This document shows positions 19,201 through 27,906 of a DNA stretch of 57,287 bases, piece after piece. The position numbers and the translations under genes are program-made. The stretch's first letter is position 1. Each line of letters starts with the position of its first letter. Under the pieces are notes generated by a model that ran no database searches, had not been told where the DNA came from, and saw only the letters and a list, made by a program, of their open reading frames with translations. This DNA comes from a virus (lineage: Duplodnaviria; Caudoviricetes), in IMG/VR virus record IMGVR_UViG_3300025869_000014, positions 1-57,287 of that record; one strand, 5' to 3'.

Positions 19201-19464
19201 TACGCAGTTATCACTTTGATCTTAGCATATTACGCCGCTTGACAAGCAAGTCAACTATGAAGTCAAAAATTTGAAAAAAATTTTGGGGGCATGGGACTCC
19301 TGACGCAAAAGCTGAAAACAAAAGGGGCGACAAAATACATGTGACATGCATACTACCAGAAAAAAAGGTAATTATATGAGTGTATTACTATGTATATGCG
19401 AAGCAGGTACGGCCCGCGCTCAGGGGGGGGTGGGGGTATGCCTAGGGGCCTGCCCCACGCCAGC

Positions 19465-19947
19465 TTAATGCACCTCATCGCCTGCCTCGCGAGCTGGTTG
19501 CTGGTCATCGTCGCGACTCAGCAGTCCTGTTAGCTTACTCTGAAGCTCAGCTGCGACCTCGCTGGCATCTCTGTCACGAGTAGTCACGTTGACTTCCGTA
19601 GTGAACAGCCCAGCGGCCTTGCCAAGCAATTCAGCAGCGCGAAGCTTGGCTGTATCCGTGGGCTCAGCGTTGTCCATCCATCCCCGAAGTTTGCTCAGCA
19701 CCTTGTCCCTGTCCGTGACCGCAGAAGCTGCTACAGCCCTCTCCCTAGCAACAATTAGCGCGTCCACCCTCGACCTTATCTCAACCCTGCCCATGAGCCG
19801 TGACGCTAGTGTATGGATGCTAGCAGCCGTGGTTGAGTCCGAAGGTTCGTAAGCCTCCCTGTATGCATCAGCTTGCGTCATGCCGGATGCAACGCATCGA
19901 GTGAAGTGGAGCATTTTTGGCGTTAGTTGTTTCGTTGCCATGTTCAT
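19465..19947 (-). CDS. terS: Terminase small subunit
   Basis: LTPKMLHF...GMTQADAYREAY...ASRLM...KLRAAELLGKAAGLF; upstream of terL. Confidence 0.8.
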   Translation of the reverse strand: MNMATKQLTPKMLHFTRCVASGMTQADAYREAYEPSDSTTAASIHTLASRLMGRVEIRSRVDALIVARERAVAASAVTDRDKVLSKLRGWMDNAEPTDTAKLRAAELLGKAAGLFTTEVNVTTRDRDASEVAAELQSKLTGLLSRDDDQQPAREAGDEVH

Positions 19948-20181
19948 TTACCCGTCAATGATTAATGTCCGGATTCTACATCAGCAGAAACGCTGATCAC
20001 ATAAACGTGCTACTTGTCAACGTTGACATCTGACAGCAAACATGCCTTTCAAGTTAACATTTATCACTTAATACTTGACACGCATTAGACGCATTCTGAG
20101 CCGATCTGAGGGCTTTTCAGACTACCCTTGATCATGGGTCTACTTATGACAGAAAACGCCTTACAGCGAATACGCCTTATA

Positions 20182-20194
20182 TATCAATGACTTA
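20182..20194 (+). promoter_or_regulatory. IHF-consensus site
   Basis: TATCAATGACTTA matches WATCAANNNNTTR, in the divergent terS/early intergenic region. Confidence 0.35.
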
Positions 20195-20348
20195 CGACAG
20201 GACAATATCTACCACTATATGTAGCTGGTTATTCATGACCTACAACTACGTTATGCACATCAGTGGTGACCGACTTACAGCACCCCAGTAATTAATTGCT
20301 GAACTCCACTGATCACAGTGTTTATTGTCATTTATCATCCAGTGTCTA

Positions 20349-20377
20349 TTGCATGTCACATGTCTATGTGAGATATT
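20349..20377 (+). promoter_or_regulatory. Early promoter TTGCAT-N17-GATATT
   Basis: Upstream of the first plus-strand gene; same motif with same spacing at 25030-25058. Confidence 0.6.
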
Positions 20378-20434
20378 CAAATTCCCCCACGGGACTAACA
20401 TACTTATGTTGCACTGCAACAAGGAGCACTAACA

Positions 20435-20875
20435 ATGTCAACGAGAGCCACTTACAAATTCGTCAGTGATTGGGCGGGCACTCACACTGCTTACATTCAT
20501 CATGACGGTTATCCGATAGGTGCCGCCGGATATTTGAGCAACGATGCGGTTATAAATAAATACAACAGAGATGTAATGACTAATCCAATCATTGCACCGA
20601 TAACCAATATCAACACTTTCATTAGGGCAAACGAGCAGGCTGAGATGACTCAGGATCACGACTCACATGCCGACACTGACTACCGTTACACCATTGCGGG
20701 AACGTACATCATCGCTGAGGAGCGAGTTAAGAAAGATGTCCTTGTTGATTTGGCTGACGTTGATTTTTCTGACTACGGAAGAGAAACATTTAAGACTTTT
20801 TGGGAGGGTGACATCGAAGATTTTTTAATCATTTTCTGCCCTCACGCCGACGATTTGAAATTCATTAACAAATAA
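20435..20875 (+). CDS. Early hypothetical protein (YxHxDGYP motif)
   Basis: 146 aa, AAGGAG SD, MSTRA...YIHHDGYP. Confidence 0.75.
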   Translation: MSTRATYKFVSDWAGTHTAYIHHDGYPIGAAGYLSNDAVINKYNRDVMTNPIIAPITNINTFIRANEQAEMTQDHDSHADTDYRYTIAGTYIIAEERVKKDVLVDLADVDFSDYGRETFKTFWEGDIEDFLIIFCPHADDLKFINK

Positions 20876-20887
20876 GGAAAACAACTA

Positions 20888-21187
20888 ATGGCTACATATA
20901 CAGGCAAACAGGAAATTAGGCGTTCAATCATATCTGAAGCGATGCAGCGGATCATCGGTCAACTTAGCTTGGATCAGCTAAAAGCAATCTATGAGGCTGA
21001 GGAAAATGCATTGCGGGCATCTCAACAGCTAGGCATTAGCGCACAAATAGCAGCGCAGGATGCAGCGAGAACAGTCACTAGAGAAATATTTGCAGGGCTG
21101 TCAGATTACTCAATCGACCGAATGGAACAGGATATTAAAGTATCTGCCCGCGACCTCAATAAAATTAACAAACTATCTGGAGAGTAA
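20888..21187 (+). CDS. Early hypothetical protein
   Basis: 99 aa helical, AAGGA SD. Confidence 0.7.
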   Translation: MATYTGKQEIRRSIISEAMQRIIGQLSLDQLKAIYEAEENALRASQQLGISAQIAAQDAARTVTREIFAGLSDYSIDRMEQDIKVSARDLNKINKLSGE

Positions 21188-21189
21188 GA

Positions 21190-21291
21190 ATGTTATTAAT
21201 TCACCTATGCCTTATCGGATTTGGAATTTGCCTAGGAGGGTCACTGACTGCCCTGTTCCTACTCGACAGGCTGACGGACAACGATGATTAA
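21190..21291 (+). CDS. Small membrane peptide (33 aa)
   Basis: MLLIHLCLIGFGICLGGSLTALFLLDRLTDNDD; GGAG SD; below the ORF-track cutoff. Confidence 0.55.
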   Translation: MLLIHLCLIGFGICLGGSLTALFLLDRLTDNDD

Positions 21292-21345
21292 CTGCACTGA
21301 TGATCGGGGCCGGATACCCCGTGAAAGCCCTCAGGGGCTATGCAG
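21292..21345 (+). ncRNA. Type I hammerhead ribozyme
   Basis: CUGCA[I]-CUGAUGA-U-CGGGG[II]-CCGGAUA-CCCCG-U-GAAA-GCCC[III]-UCAG-GGGC-UA-UGCAG[I']; predicted cleavage after A21340. Confidence 0.85.
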
Positions 21346-21375
21346 AATCCACTGCAATTACTAGGAGTAATTTAT

Positions 21376-22527
21376 ATGTTTAGCAACATTGAAACAGTCA
21401 CACTTAACGAGGCATCTCAGATTATCGAGGCACTATTGCCTGTCAGCAACAAGCCCGTGTTCCTGCATGGGCCCTTTGGCATTGGCAAGTCTGCCATCAT
21501 TAAAGCACTGGCCGTGAGGCTGAATGAAACCACTGGTCAAAACTGGGGCTTGATCGAGATTCGCGCCAGCCAGATAGACAGCACCGACACGCGAGGCATT
21601 CCCGATACTGAGGACAGACGTACATTTTTTGCAACGCCAGACTGGCTACCCCGCGTCGAGCGTGATGGGCAATTTGGCATCGTCTTTCTAGATGAATTGC
21701 TACTTGGCTCAGAGTCCACCCAGCGAGCGTTGTATCAGTTTCTTGAAGGGAAGCTGGGAGACTATGAGTTACCTATTGGGTGGCGAATAATTGCGGCGAG
21801 TAACCGCCCTTGCGATGGCGCTGGTGTACGCGGTCGGCATGACGCTGCGTTGATGACGCGCTTTGAAACTCAACTCAACGTGACCGCTGACCCAGATGAA
21901 TGGAAAGAATACGCGGTACGGGCACCTGTCGATCATCGCGTTGCTGGGCTTCGCAAGAAACTTGGGCTCGATGAAATGCCAGAAGGCTTTCACCCGTTCG
22001 TCGTTGCATTTATGGATTGGAAAGGCAAGCCAACTTTGAAGGGCGATGGCACGATTGATCAGGCTGGTCTGTTACTCGAATACCCTGACGGAGGCATACC
22101 AAAGGGCCATACGGCAGCTGCTCAACCCAGAGGCTGGCACTCAGTTAGCAACATTCTCTATTCATTGCTGCCACATAACCTATTGCAAGCTCCAATAGCT
22201 GGCGCAGTGGGCGTTGGCCCTGCAGCTACATTTATGGGGTTCCTGCAGATTCTAAATAATCTACCGGATGCCAATCTGATCCTCAGGAATCCAGACGATG
22301 CGGATGTGCCGTCAGAGAACGAGTTAGGTACTCGATATGCAATAGCGACCACACTAGCGCAGCGAGTGACCAGCAAGAATATCGACAACGCCGTGCGGTA
22401 CATCAAGCGCATGCATGAGGAATTGCTGTCGGTATTCTTTTTGATAGCGACTAATCGTGACCCCAATCTGCAAGCAACACAGGCTTACATTAATTTCAAA
22501 ATCGAAACTCAATCAACAGTTATCTAA
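21376..22527 (+). CDS. MoxR-type AAA+ ATPase
   Basis: GPFGIGKS Walker A, IVFLDE Walker B, AASNR sensor, PRGW; start ATG 21376 after AGGAG. Confidence 0.88.
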   Translation: MFSNIETVTLNEASQIIEALLPVSNKPVFLHGPFGIGKSAIIKALAVRLNETTGQNWGLIEIRASQIDSTDTRGIPDTEDRRTFFATPDWLPRVERDGQFGIVFLDELLLGSESTQRALYQFLEGKLGDYELPIGWRIIAASNRPCDGAGVRGRHDAALMTRFETQLNVTADPDEWKEYAVRAPVDHRVAGLRKKLGLDEMPEGFHPFVVAFMDWKGKPTLKGDGTIDQAGLLLEYPDGGIPKGHTAAAQPRGWHSVSNILYSLLPHNLLQAPIAGAVGVGPAATFMGFLQILNNLPDANLILRNPDDADVPSENELGTRYAIATTLAQRVTSKNIDNAVRYIKRMHEELLSVFFLIATNRDPNLQATQAYINFKIETQSTVI

Positions 22528-22539
22528 CGGAGATATGTC

Positions 22540-23421
22540 ATGGATAAGTTACAAAACAACGCACTAATCGTGAAGGTTGAATGCACCAAGTGGAGCAACA
22601 CCATCGAAGATAGAAACCTCAGTGTCGAGATCGTCAGCGACAAGAATGCTGAGGCTCGATCACTGAGGGTCATGAAGCCACTCGCCAAAGGGCCAGTGAT
22701 CAAGGAACTCAACAAGCTCATTGGTCAGATTGGCAATCAGGTTGTCCGTCGATGGTGCGTTCCGTGGGACACGGGCAAACACCTTATCGTGGTCGATAAC
22801 CTGAAAAAATTTGAAGATGACCTGAAGGCTAAAAATGACAGGCTCGAAGAGCTTAAGATCGAGTTACGCAACGAATGGCTGAACATCGTCCGCGATGATC
22901 AACTTAAACTGGGCGATGCCTTCAAGGCTAGTGACTACCCTAACGTCGAAGACATCGTTGATAAGTACAGCATCAAGTACAGCCTGTTCCCGATTACGTC
23001 TGGCGATGATGTGCCTGCTCAACTGAGGCTCCCAGCAGAGCGGATCAGACAGATCGAGGCTGATGTCGAAGCTGATGCAAACGAGCGCGTGGAAGCAGGC
23101 ATGAAGGCTATTCACAAGCGTGTCACTAACGTGCTTAACACTTTCATCGATGGCATGGATCGTCACGGCATCAAGGCTCAAGGACAGCAGCGAGCGTCGA
23201 AGTTTAGTGACACAACAGTCACTGCAATCGAGGAACTCGCGGAGACACTACCGCATATCAACCTGACCAATGACCCAGCGTTGACTGAGGTAGCAAACGA
23301 CTTGCTATCTAGAATGCGCGACCTCGATCCGCAGAAACTGCGCGATGACCCCGCTGAACGTAAGAACGCTGCAAAAACTGCTCGCGACATTGCCTCTAAA
23401 CTCAACGGATTATTTGATTAA
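22540..23421 (+). CDS. DUF3150-like helical protein
   Basis: 293 aa; VPW...LI, LGDAFKASDYP, HINLTNDP; between AAA and vWA genes. Confidence 0.55.
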   Translation: MDKLQNNALIVKVECTKWSNTIEDRNLSVEIVSDKNAEARSLRVMKPLAKGPVIKELNKLIGQIGNQVVRRWCVPWDTGKHLIVVDNLKKFEDDLKAKNDRLEELKIELRNEWLNIVRDDQLKLGDAFKASDYPNVEDIVDKYSIKYSLFPITSGDDVPAQLRLPAERIRQIEADVEADANERVEAGMKAIHKRVTNVLNTFIDGMDRHGIKAQGQQRASKFSDTTVTAIEELAETLPHINLTNDPALTEVANDLLSRMRDLDPQKLRDDPAERKNAAKTARDIASKLNGLFD

Positions 23422-23431
23422 GGACACGATC

Positions 23432-24670
23432 ATGACTGTAAAAATAAATAAAGCTAAGAGCCGGATGGTAACTGATCATCCCTTCTATGCCTGCCTCCTG
23501 TATAGGCTCAAGATGGTTGCTTCAGAAGACTTCGATACGATGGCTACTGACGGTAAGAGTATTTTCTACAACCCCGCGTGGGTTGATACGCTGCCTGTCG
23601 CTCAGATCACTGGCGTAATTGCTCACGAGTGCGCCCACGTTGGTCACGGCCATCACTTGAGGAAGGGTGGTCGTAACCACGAGCTATGGAATGTGGCATG
23701 CGACTACGCGATAAACGACACGCTAATTAAGGCAGGGTTTAAGCTGCCTGAAGGTGGACTATTTGATGCCAAATACTCAGGCTGGGCTGCCGAGAAAATA
23801 TATGTGGCGCTTGAAAAAGAGCAGCGTAAAAAGCAACAACAGCAACAGGATGGCGAGCAGGGCGATGATCAGGGTGGTGACTCTCAGGGTCAGTCTACTG
23901 GCAATGCCCCTGCCAAGACTCCGGAAAAAGAATCAGGCTGCAGCTGGGGCGAGGTACTCGACGCTGTCGATGAGTCTGGCGATGCACTTGATGAGGCTGG
24001 CAAGGCCGCTGAACAGCGAGCAATATCTGCCACGCTAAATGAGGCTGAACTTGTCGAGCGCAAGGCTGGCAACACATCCGGCGGTCACGCTAGAGCAATG
24101 ATAGAAACAACCAAGGGTGACATTCAACCGTGGAATGAAATTCTATGCGATGCATTGGTTGACACTATCGTGGTGGATCAGACTTTCGCGAGACCAAACA
24201 GAAGGCTGCATCACAAGGGCATCCGCATGCCAACTGATGTGACCCGACCTACGGGTGAACTGGTCATCGTTGTCGATACGTCTTGTTCATTGGATGATCA
24301 TGAGTTATCGATCATTGGTCATCATGTCGATGACATCGTCGATGCGATTGACCCCACCGGCGTGATCGTGATCTATTGCGACCACACTTTGAACGGCGAG
24401 CCTATCCACTTTGATGCAGGCGAAGAGGTCAAGCTTAGCATTCACGGTGGCGGCGGCACTGCATTCAACCCGCCTTTCAACTGGTGCGCGAGAAACGACA
24501 TCGAACCGCAGGCATTACTCTACTTCACTGATGGTGAGGCTGACGTTGGCCCTAACGCATGGTATGGCAGAGACTTTGAGATGCCTGACTACCCTGTGTT
24601 CTGGATCACCAATCACACTGATCCAGAGTTCTCCGGCTGCGAAGAGTTCGGAGAGATAGTTTACATCTAA
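23432..24670 (+). CDS. DUF2201-type metallopeptidase plus vWA domain protein
   Basis: TMATDG...HECAH...WNVACDYAIN; VVDTSCS MIDAS-like motif and GGGGTAF; start ATG 23432. Confidence 0.85.
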   Translation: MTVKINKAKSRMVTDHPFYACLLYRLKMVASEDFDTMATDGKSIFYNPAWVDTLPVAQITGVIAHECAHVGHGHHLRKGGRNHELWNVACDYAINDTLIKAGFKLPEGGLFDAKYSGWAAEKIYVALEKEQRKKQQQQQDGEQGDDQGGDSQGQSTGNAPAKTPEKESGCSWGEVLDAVDESGDALDEAGKAAEQRAISATLNEAELVERKAGNTSGGHARAMIETTKGDIQPWNEILCDALVDTIVVDQTFARPNRRLHHKGIRMPTDVTRPTGELVIVVDTSCSLDDHELSIIGHHVDDIVDAIDPTGVIVIYCDHTLNGEPIHFDAGEEVKLSIHGGGGTAFNPPFNWCARNDIEPQALLYFTDGEADVGPNAWYGRDFEMPDYPVFWITNHTDPEFSGCEEFGEIVYI

Positions 24671-24704
24671 CTTAGCAGGGGCTACGGCCCCAAAGGAGAG
24701 CGTA

Positions 24705-24926
24705 GTGAGTACAACAGGCAGACCAAGCAGCGGATTAACGAAGAGTGAAATAGCCGCCAAGAGTAGGTTGCAAAACGATGTTAAGAATATATCTATCAAT
24801 GGCGAGTTACTACAGAGGTTTAGTCGATACAGAGACGAAGAGTCCAAGCGACTAGGCTATAAGTTAACTGTTAAGCAATTCTTAGCTGTCTTGCTTAACA
24901 AATGGGAGAATACAAATCCAAGCTAA
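24705..24926 (+). CDS. Small putative DNA-binding protein
   Basis: 73 aa basic, KNISIN strand followed by two helices (RHH-like), AAGGAG SD. Confidence 0.55.
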   Translation: MSTTGRPSSGLTKSEIAAKSRLQNDVKNISINGELLQRFSRYRDEESKRLGYKLTVKQFLAVLLNKWENTNPS

Positions 24927-25029
24927 GAGGTTACACTTAAATAGCTGGCGCTCCTAGACCGTGGTGCGGCGCACGGTTAAGCCTGATCAGATGCCAGCTT
25001 AAACATTATCTGTCAGGTACTGTCGCATC

Positions 25030-25058
25030 TTGCATCTTATTGGACGTTGTGAGATATT
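25030..25058 (+). promoter_or_regulatory. Second copy of the early promoter
   Basis: TTGCAT-N12-TGTGAGATATT, matching 20349-20377. Confidence 0.55.
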
Positions 25059-25064
25059 GATCAC

Positions 25065-25127
25065 GAGAACTTCACACACTCTCACCTACCTAGCCTAGCC
25101 CTGCTCTTAACGGAGCGGGGCTTTTTT
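25065..25127 (+). ncRNA. Candidate small RNA of about 63 nt
   Basis: Between the promoter copy and a terminator; no start codon or SD. Confidence 0.45.
25097..25127 (+). terminator. Rho-independent terminator
   Basis: AGCCCTGCTC-TTAACG-GAGCGGGGCT-TTTTT. Confidence 0.85.
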
Positions 25128-25308
25128 ATTGGTCAACCAATAGCTAAGCTCACCAAACCTACCCCTCTGAAACAATCCCTTTAAGACAGGTTAAACTAGG
25201 TCGTTAAACGTGTTACTGCTTCCCGACCAATAGCGGTGTTTTGTATACCTGTGATGGCGGACGATACTGCTATAGGATTGGGTGTAAAATTCTTCTGCAG
25301 CCCGCTGT

Positions 25309-25752
25309 TTACTTGCGCTTGAGTATCTTAGCTATCAAGCTGATGAGTGCGAAGTCGGTGGTGAACATACCATCAACAACATGATTAACGATAACCCGCT
25401 CACCTTCATGTCCAAATTTTTTGACCACCCACTTCATGTAACCAGCGTAACGGATTAGTCCGCTGTTCAGCATGTCCGGTCTACCACCGCCATGACTAAT
25501 CGAATCCATTGAAGGGCTCTTGAGGTACACTTGAGCAGACACTGCGAGGTTGATTACCCGCTCAGCTTCCATGTGCTGGTGGACATCAATCATGTCCTTA
25601 ATTAATAAGTGATCAATAAATAACTGGTCTTTGACCACGGCCCGACCAACGCCGCTGCCCGCATCCTCCACATCAACGGCGTGATGCTTACGAAGAAGCG
25701 GGCTACCCTTGTCATTGACCTTTAGGTCAGAGCCAGTCGTCATCGTTTTCAT
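25309..25752 (-). CDS. Hypothetical protein downstream of primase-helicase
   Basis: Probable start at 25752 or 25743, overlapping the helicase end. Confidence 0.6.
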   Translation of the reverse strand: MKTMTTGSDLKVNDKGSPLLRKHHAVDVEDAGSGVGRAVVKDQLFIDHLLIKDMIDVHQHMEAERVINLAVSAQVYLKSPSMDSISHGGGRPDMLNSGLIRYAGYMKWVVKKFGHEGERVIVNHVVDGMFTTDFALISLIAKILKRK

Positions 25753-27514
25753 GCCAGCTCTTGTGCGGCTGCAATGATTGAGGAATTGGAATAGGTTTGA
25801 ACAACTTCTCTGAATACCTCCCTGTCGGCACATCGTATTCAAGTTGCACCTTGCCAACCTTACCTATCCATTTGAATCGCACCTTCCAACAATGAATCTC
25901 AACGTCTCGATCTTTGTTCTGATGCACCGTGATACCAAGGTCAGCTTTAGCGAAGAAGCTGGCGCTGCCCGATATGTTCATGCCCTTGGGCACAGCTGTT
26001 GATCCTGAAGCATCCGTTGGCATCTTGCTGGGGTGAGCAATGAACCAGATGTGGACATCGTTTGCTCTGGCAAAGGCGACCAATCGTGTTAGCAGATCGT
26101 TGATACTTTGATGTTCGTTGTCGCTATTACTTTGCTGGGCAATGTAATTATACGGGTCAATGACTAACCCTCTCACCCCCATTCTCATCACCGCCTGTTG
26201 CGCCCGATCCAGCACTGAATCAATCGTGACAAGCTCGCCTGATCTTTGCTCAAGAAACAACCAATGATTGTGGATGTATGTCAGCGCGTTGTCTGCCTCT
26301 TCCTTGCTCATCCTACCGTTGGGCCCGTCGAAGAATGGCTTGCCAACAATTTTTTCTGCAAGCTTGGCGATGTGCAGTGGTGGTGGATTTTCAAAGGAAG
26401 CAACGGCGAACTTCCAATCATAGTTCTTGGCTAAGTTAACCATTAGCTGGTCAATAAACTCCGACTTACCAGATCCCGGCACCCCTGTTATAACGGACAG
26501 CTGCCCCTGAACTACGGTGAATAGCTCATCAACCACAGGCATCCCCGTCGAAAGACCTCCGATCACTCCGTTAGTATACAAGTGGGTCACCTCACTTTTG
26601 TAATCATCGACTGTGTATACGCCTTCAAGCGGGAGTGGCTCTGCAGCGTTAACAATATCAACGATCTTCTCTGCGCCGTACTGTTGCAACACATCGTTCA
26701 TATCCTTGGTGCCATCTGGATACTCCACCTGATAACACTTGGCTCTGCCTATTCTTCTAGCTAGCTCCTCGCGCAACGCTTCACCTGCCTCGTCACTATC
26801 TGTTGCTAGTATAATTTTCTCAGCAGACTTCATCACCGCCTTTGCTTCCCAGACATAGCTAAACTTATTGTCTTCTTTCGCGTCTATTTTGCGATTAGCT
26901 ACACGCTGAGGCGCACCGTTTGGCACACTAAGTATAGCTATTTGATCATCAATAATAGAAGAGGCCACTGACAAGCAGTCTACCTCACCCTCGCAAATAA
27001 CAATGGTCTTTGCTTCTACTTTCTTTGCATGCTCTATGCCCCAGAATGTTCTCGCCGCACCATCCTGTGTGAACCGCTTATCATTCAGCGGTCTCCACTT
27101 CACCGCCTCCTTATCTCCGTACACAAATCCAATCGCCGGAAACTCCCCAGCGTTTAGCTCACCCTTGGCATTGAAGTATCGCTTGCCTGTTACCAAGGCG
27201 AACCTGTCTTTTATTTTGTCATGATCTATGCCGCGACCCTTTAGATACTGACTGACAATGCCTGAGTCAGATTCTTTTGGCACTGATATCGCCGTGACTT
27301 TCTTTGGCCGCTCAACATAGGTTGGCTTGTCCTCCGATCTCTTGCCTGATATCTCGCAGTGATGACAGAGAAACACAAGCCCATCGCTCTTAAACGACAC
27401 GCTCAAAGTGCGCTCTCTCTGGTTAACTTTCTTCCTGTTTGGGGTGCATACTGGGCAAACATATCTGCCCTCTTGAGTAATGGTATTTAGAAACGTATCC
27501 AAAACCTCTTGCAT
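25727..27514 (-). CDS. Primase-helicase (T7 gp4/Twinkle-like)
   Basis: CPVC...CHHC zinc finger, TOPRIM (EGEVD, DSDEAG), GVPGSGKS Walker A, VIDPYN, AHP; start ATG 27514 after GAGGT. Confidence 0.92.
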   Translation of the reverse strand: MQEVLDTFLNTITQEGRYVCPVCTPNRKKVNQRERTLSVSFKSDGLVFLCHHCEISGKRSEDKPTYVERPKKVTAISVPKESDSGIVSQYLKGRGIDHDKIKDRFALVTGKRYFNAKGELNAGEFPAIGFVYGDKEAVKWRPLNDKRFTQDGAARTFWGIEHAKKVEAKTIVICEGEVDCLSVASSIIDDQIAILSVPNGAPQRVANRKIDAKEDNKFSYVWEAKAVMKSAEKIILATDSDEAGEALREELARRIGRAKCYQVEYPDGTKDMNDVLQQYGAEKIVDIVNAAEPLPLEGVYTVDDYKSEVTHLYTNGVIGGLSTGMPVVDELFTVVQGQLSVITGVPGSGKSEFIDQLMVNLAKNYDWKFAVASFENPPPLHIAKLAEKIVGKPFFDGPNGRMSKEEADNALTYIHNHWLFLEQRSGELVTIDSVLDRAQQAVMRMGVRGLVIDPYNYIAQQSNSDNEHQSINDLLTRLVAFARANDVHIWFIAHPSKMPTDASGSTAVPKGMNISGSASFFAKADLGITVHQNKDRDVEIHCWKVRFKWIGKVGKVQLEYDVPTGRYSEKLFKPIPIPQSLQPHKSWHENDDDWL

Positions 27515-27618
27515 AAACTTACCTCGCCTGTTAATTTTAAAATCCCCCGTAAGGGGGCACACTAAGTAGACTCCTTAAAATTAAGAAACCTACTAACTAA
27601 AAAAATAAAGTAGACTAC

Positions 27619-27906
27619 TTAGGTACCTACTAAGTCTCTTACAATATTCCTGACTAACTTCTCTCTTCTTATTCCTTCATGACTGATTGCTGTCATGACT
27701 TCCTCTTTTATTTTTATTGGATCAACACCAAGATTCTGCGCCAGATTATTATGATTGTTACTGGCGAAAAATTCTATCGCATCCATCCGTACAACCTCCT
27801 CTTTGTCAAACAAATCCAGCACTGCTCTCTTTAAGATTCGTTGACCAATGACTCTATCGTTGTCATCAAAACTTCCGCTCGTGGATTCTCTCTGTCTAAT
27901 CCCCAT
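27619..27906 (-). CDS. Hypothetical protein
   Basis: 95 aa, ILKRAVLDL...DAIEFF. Confidence 0.6.
   Translation of the reverse strand: MGIRQRESTSGSFDDNDRVIGQRILKRAVLDLFDKEEVVRMDAIEFFASNNHNNLAQNLGVDPIKIKEEVMTAISHEGIRREKLVRNIVRDLVGT

Noticed and set aside
20015-20080. TTGACA hexamers as sigma70 promoters
   Set aside because: No acceptable -10 at 16-18 bp on either strand
21340-21375. ORF-track start of the AAA gene at 21340
   Set aside because: That ATG straddles the predicted ribozyme cleavage site and lacks an SD; ATG 21376 follows AGGAG
24930-25000. Pistol ribozyme (TTAAATAG motif) or tRNA
   Set aside because: No P1 hairpin or pseudoknot partner, no GU cleavage junction, no T-loop consensus
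25130-25308. SRP-like (GGAAGCAG) or HDV-like ribozyme
   Set aside because: Required helices and conserved loops could not be built
25340-25360. Second CTGATGA hammerhead core
   Set aside because: Antisense within a CDS; no stem II/GAAA/stem III arrangement
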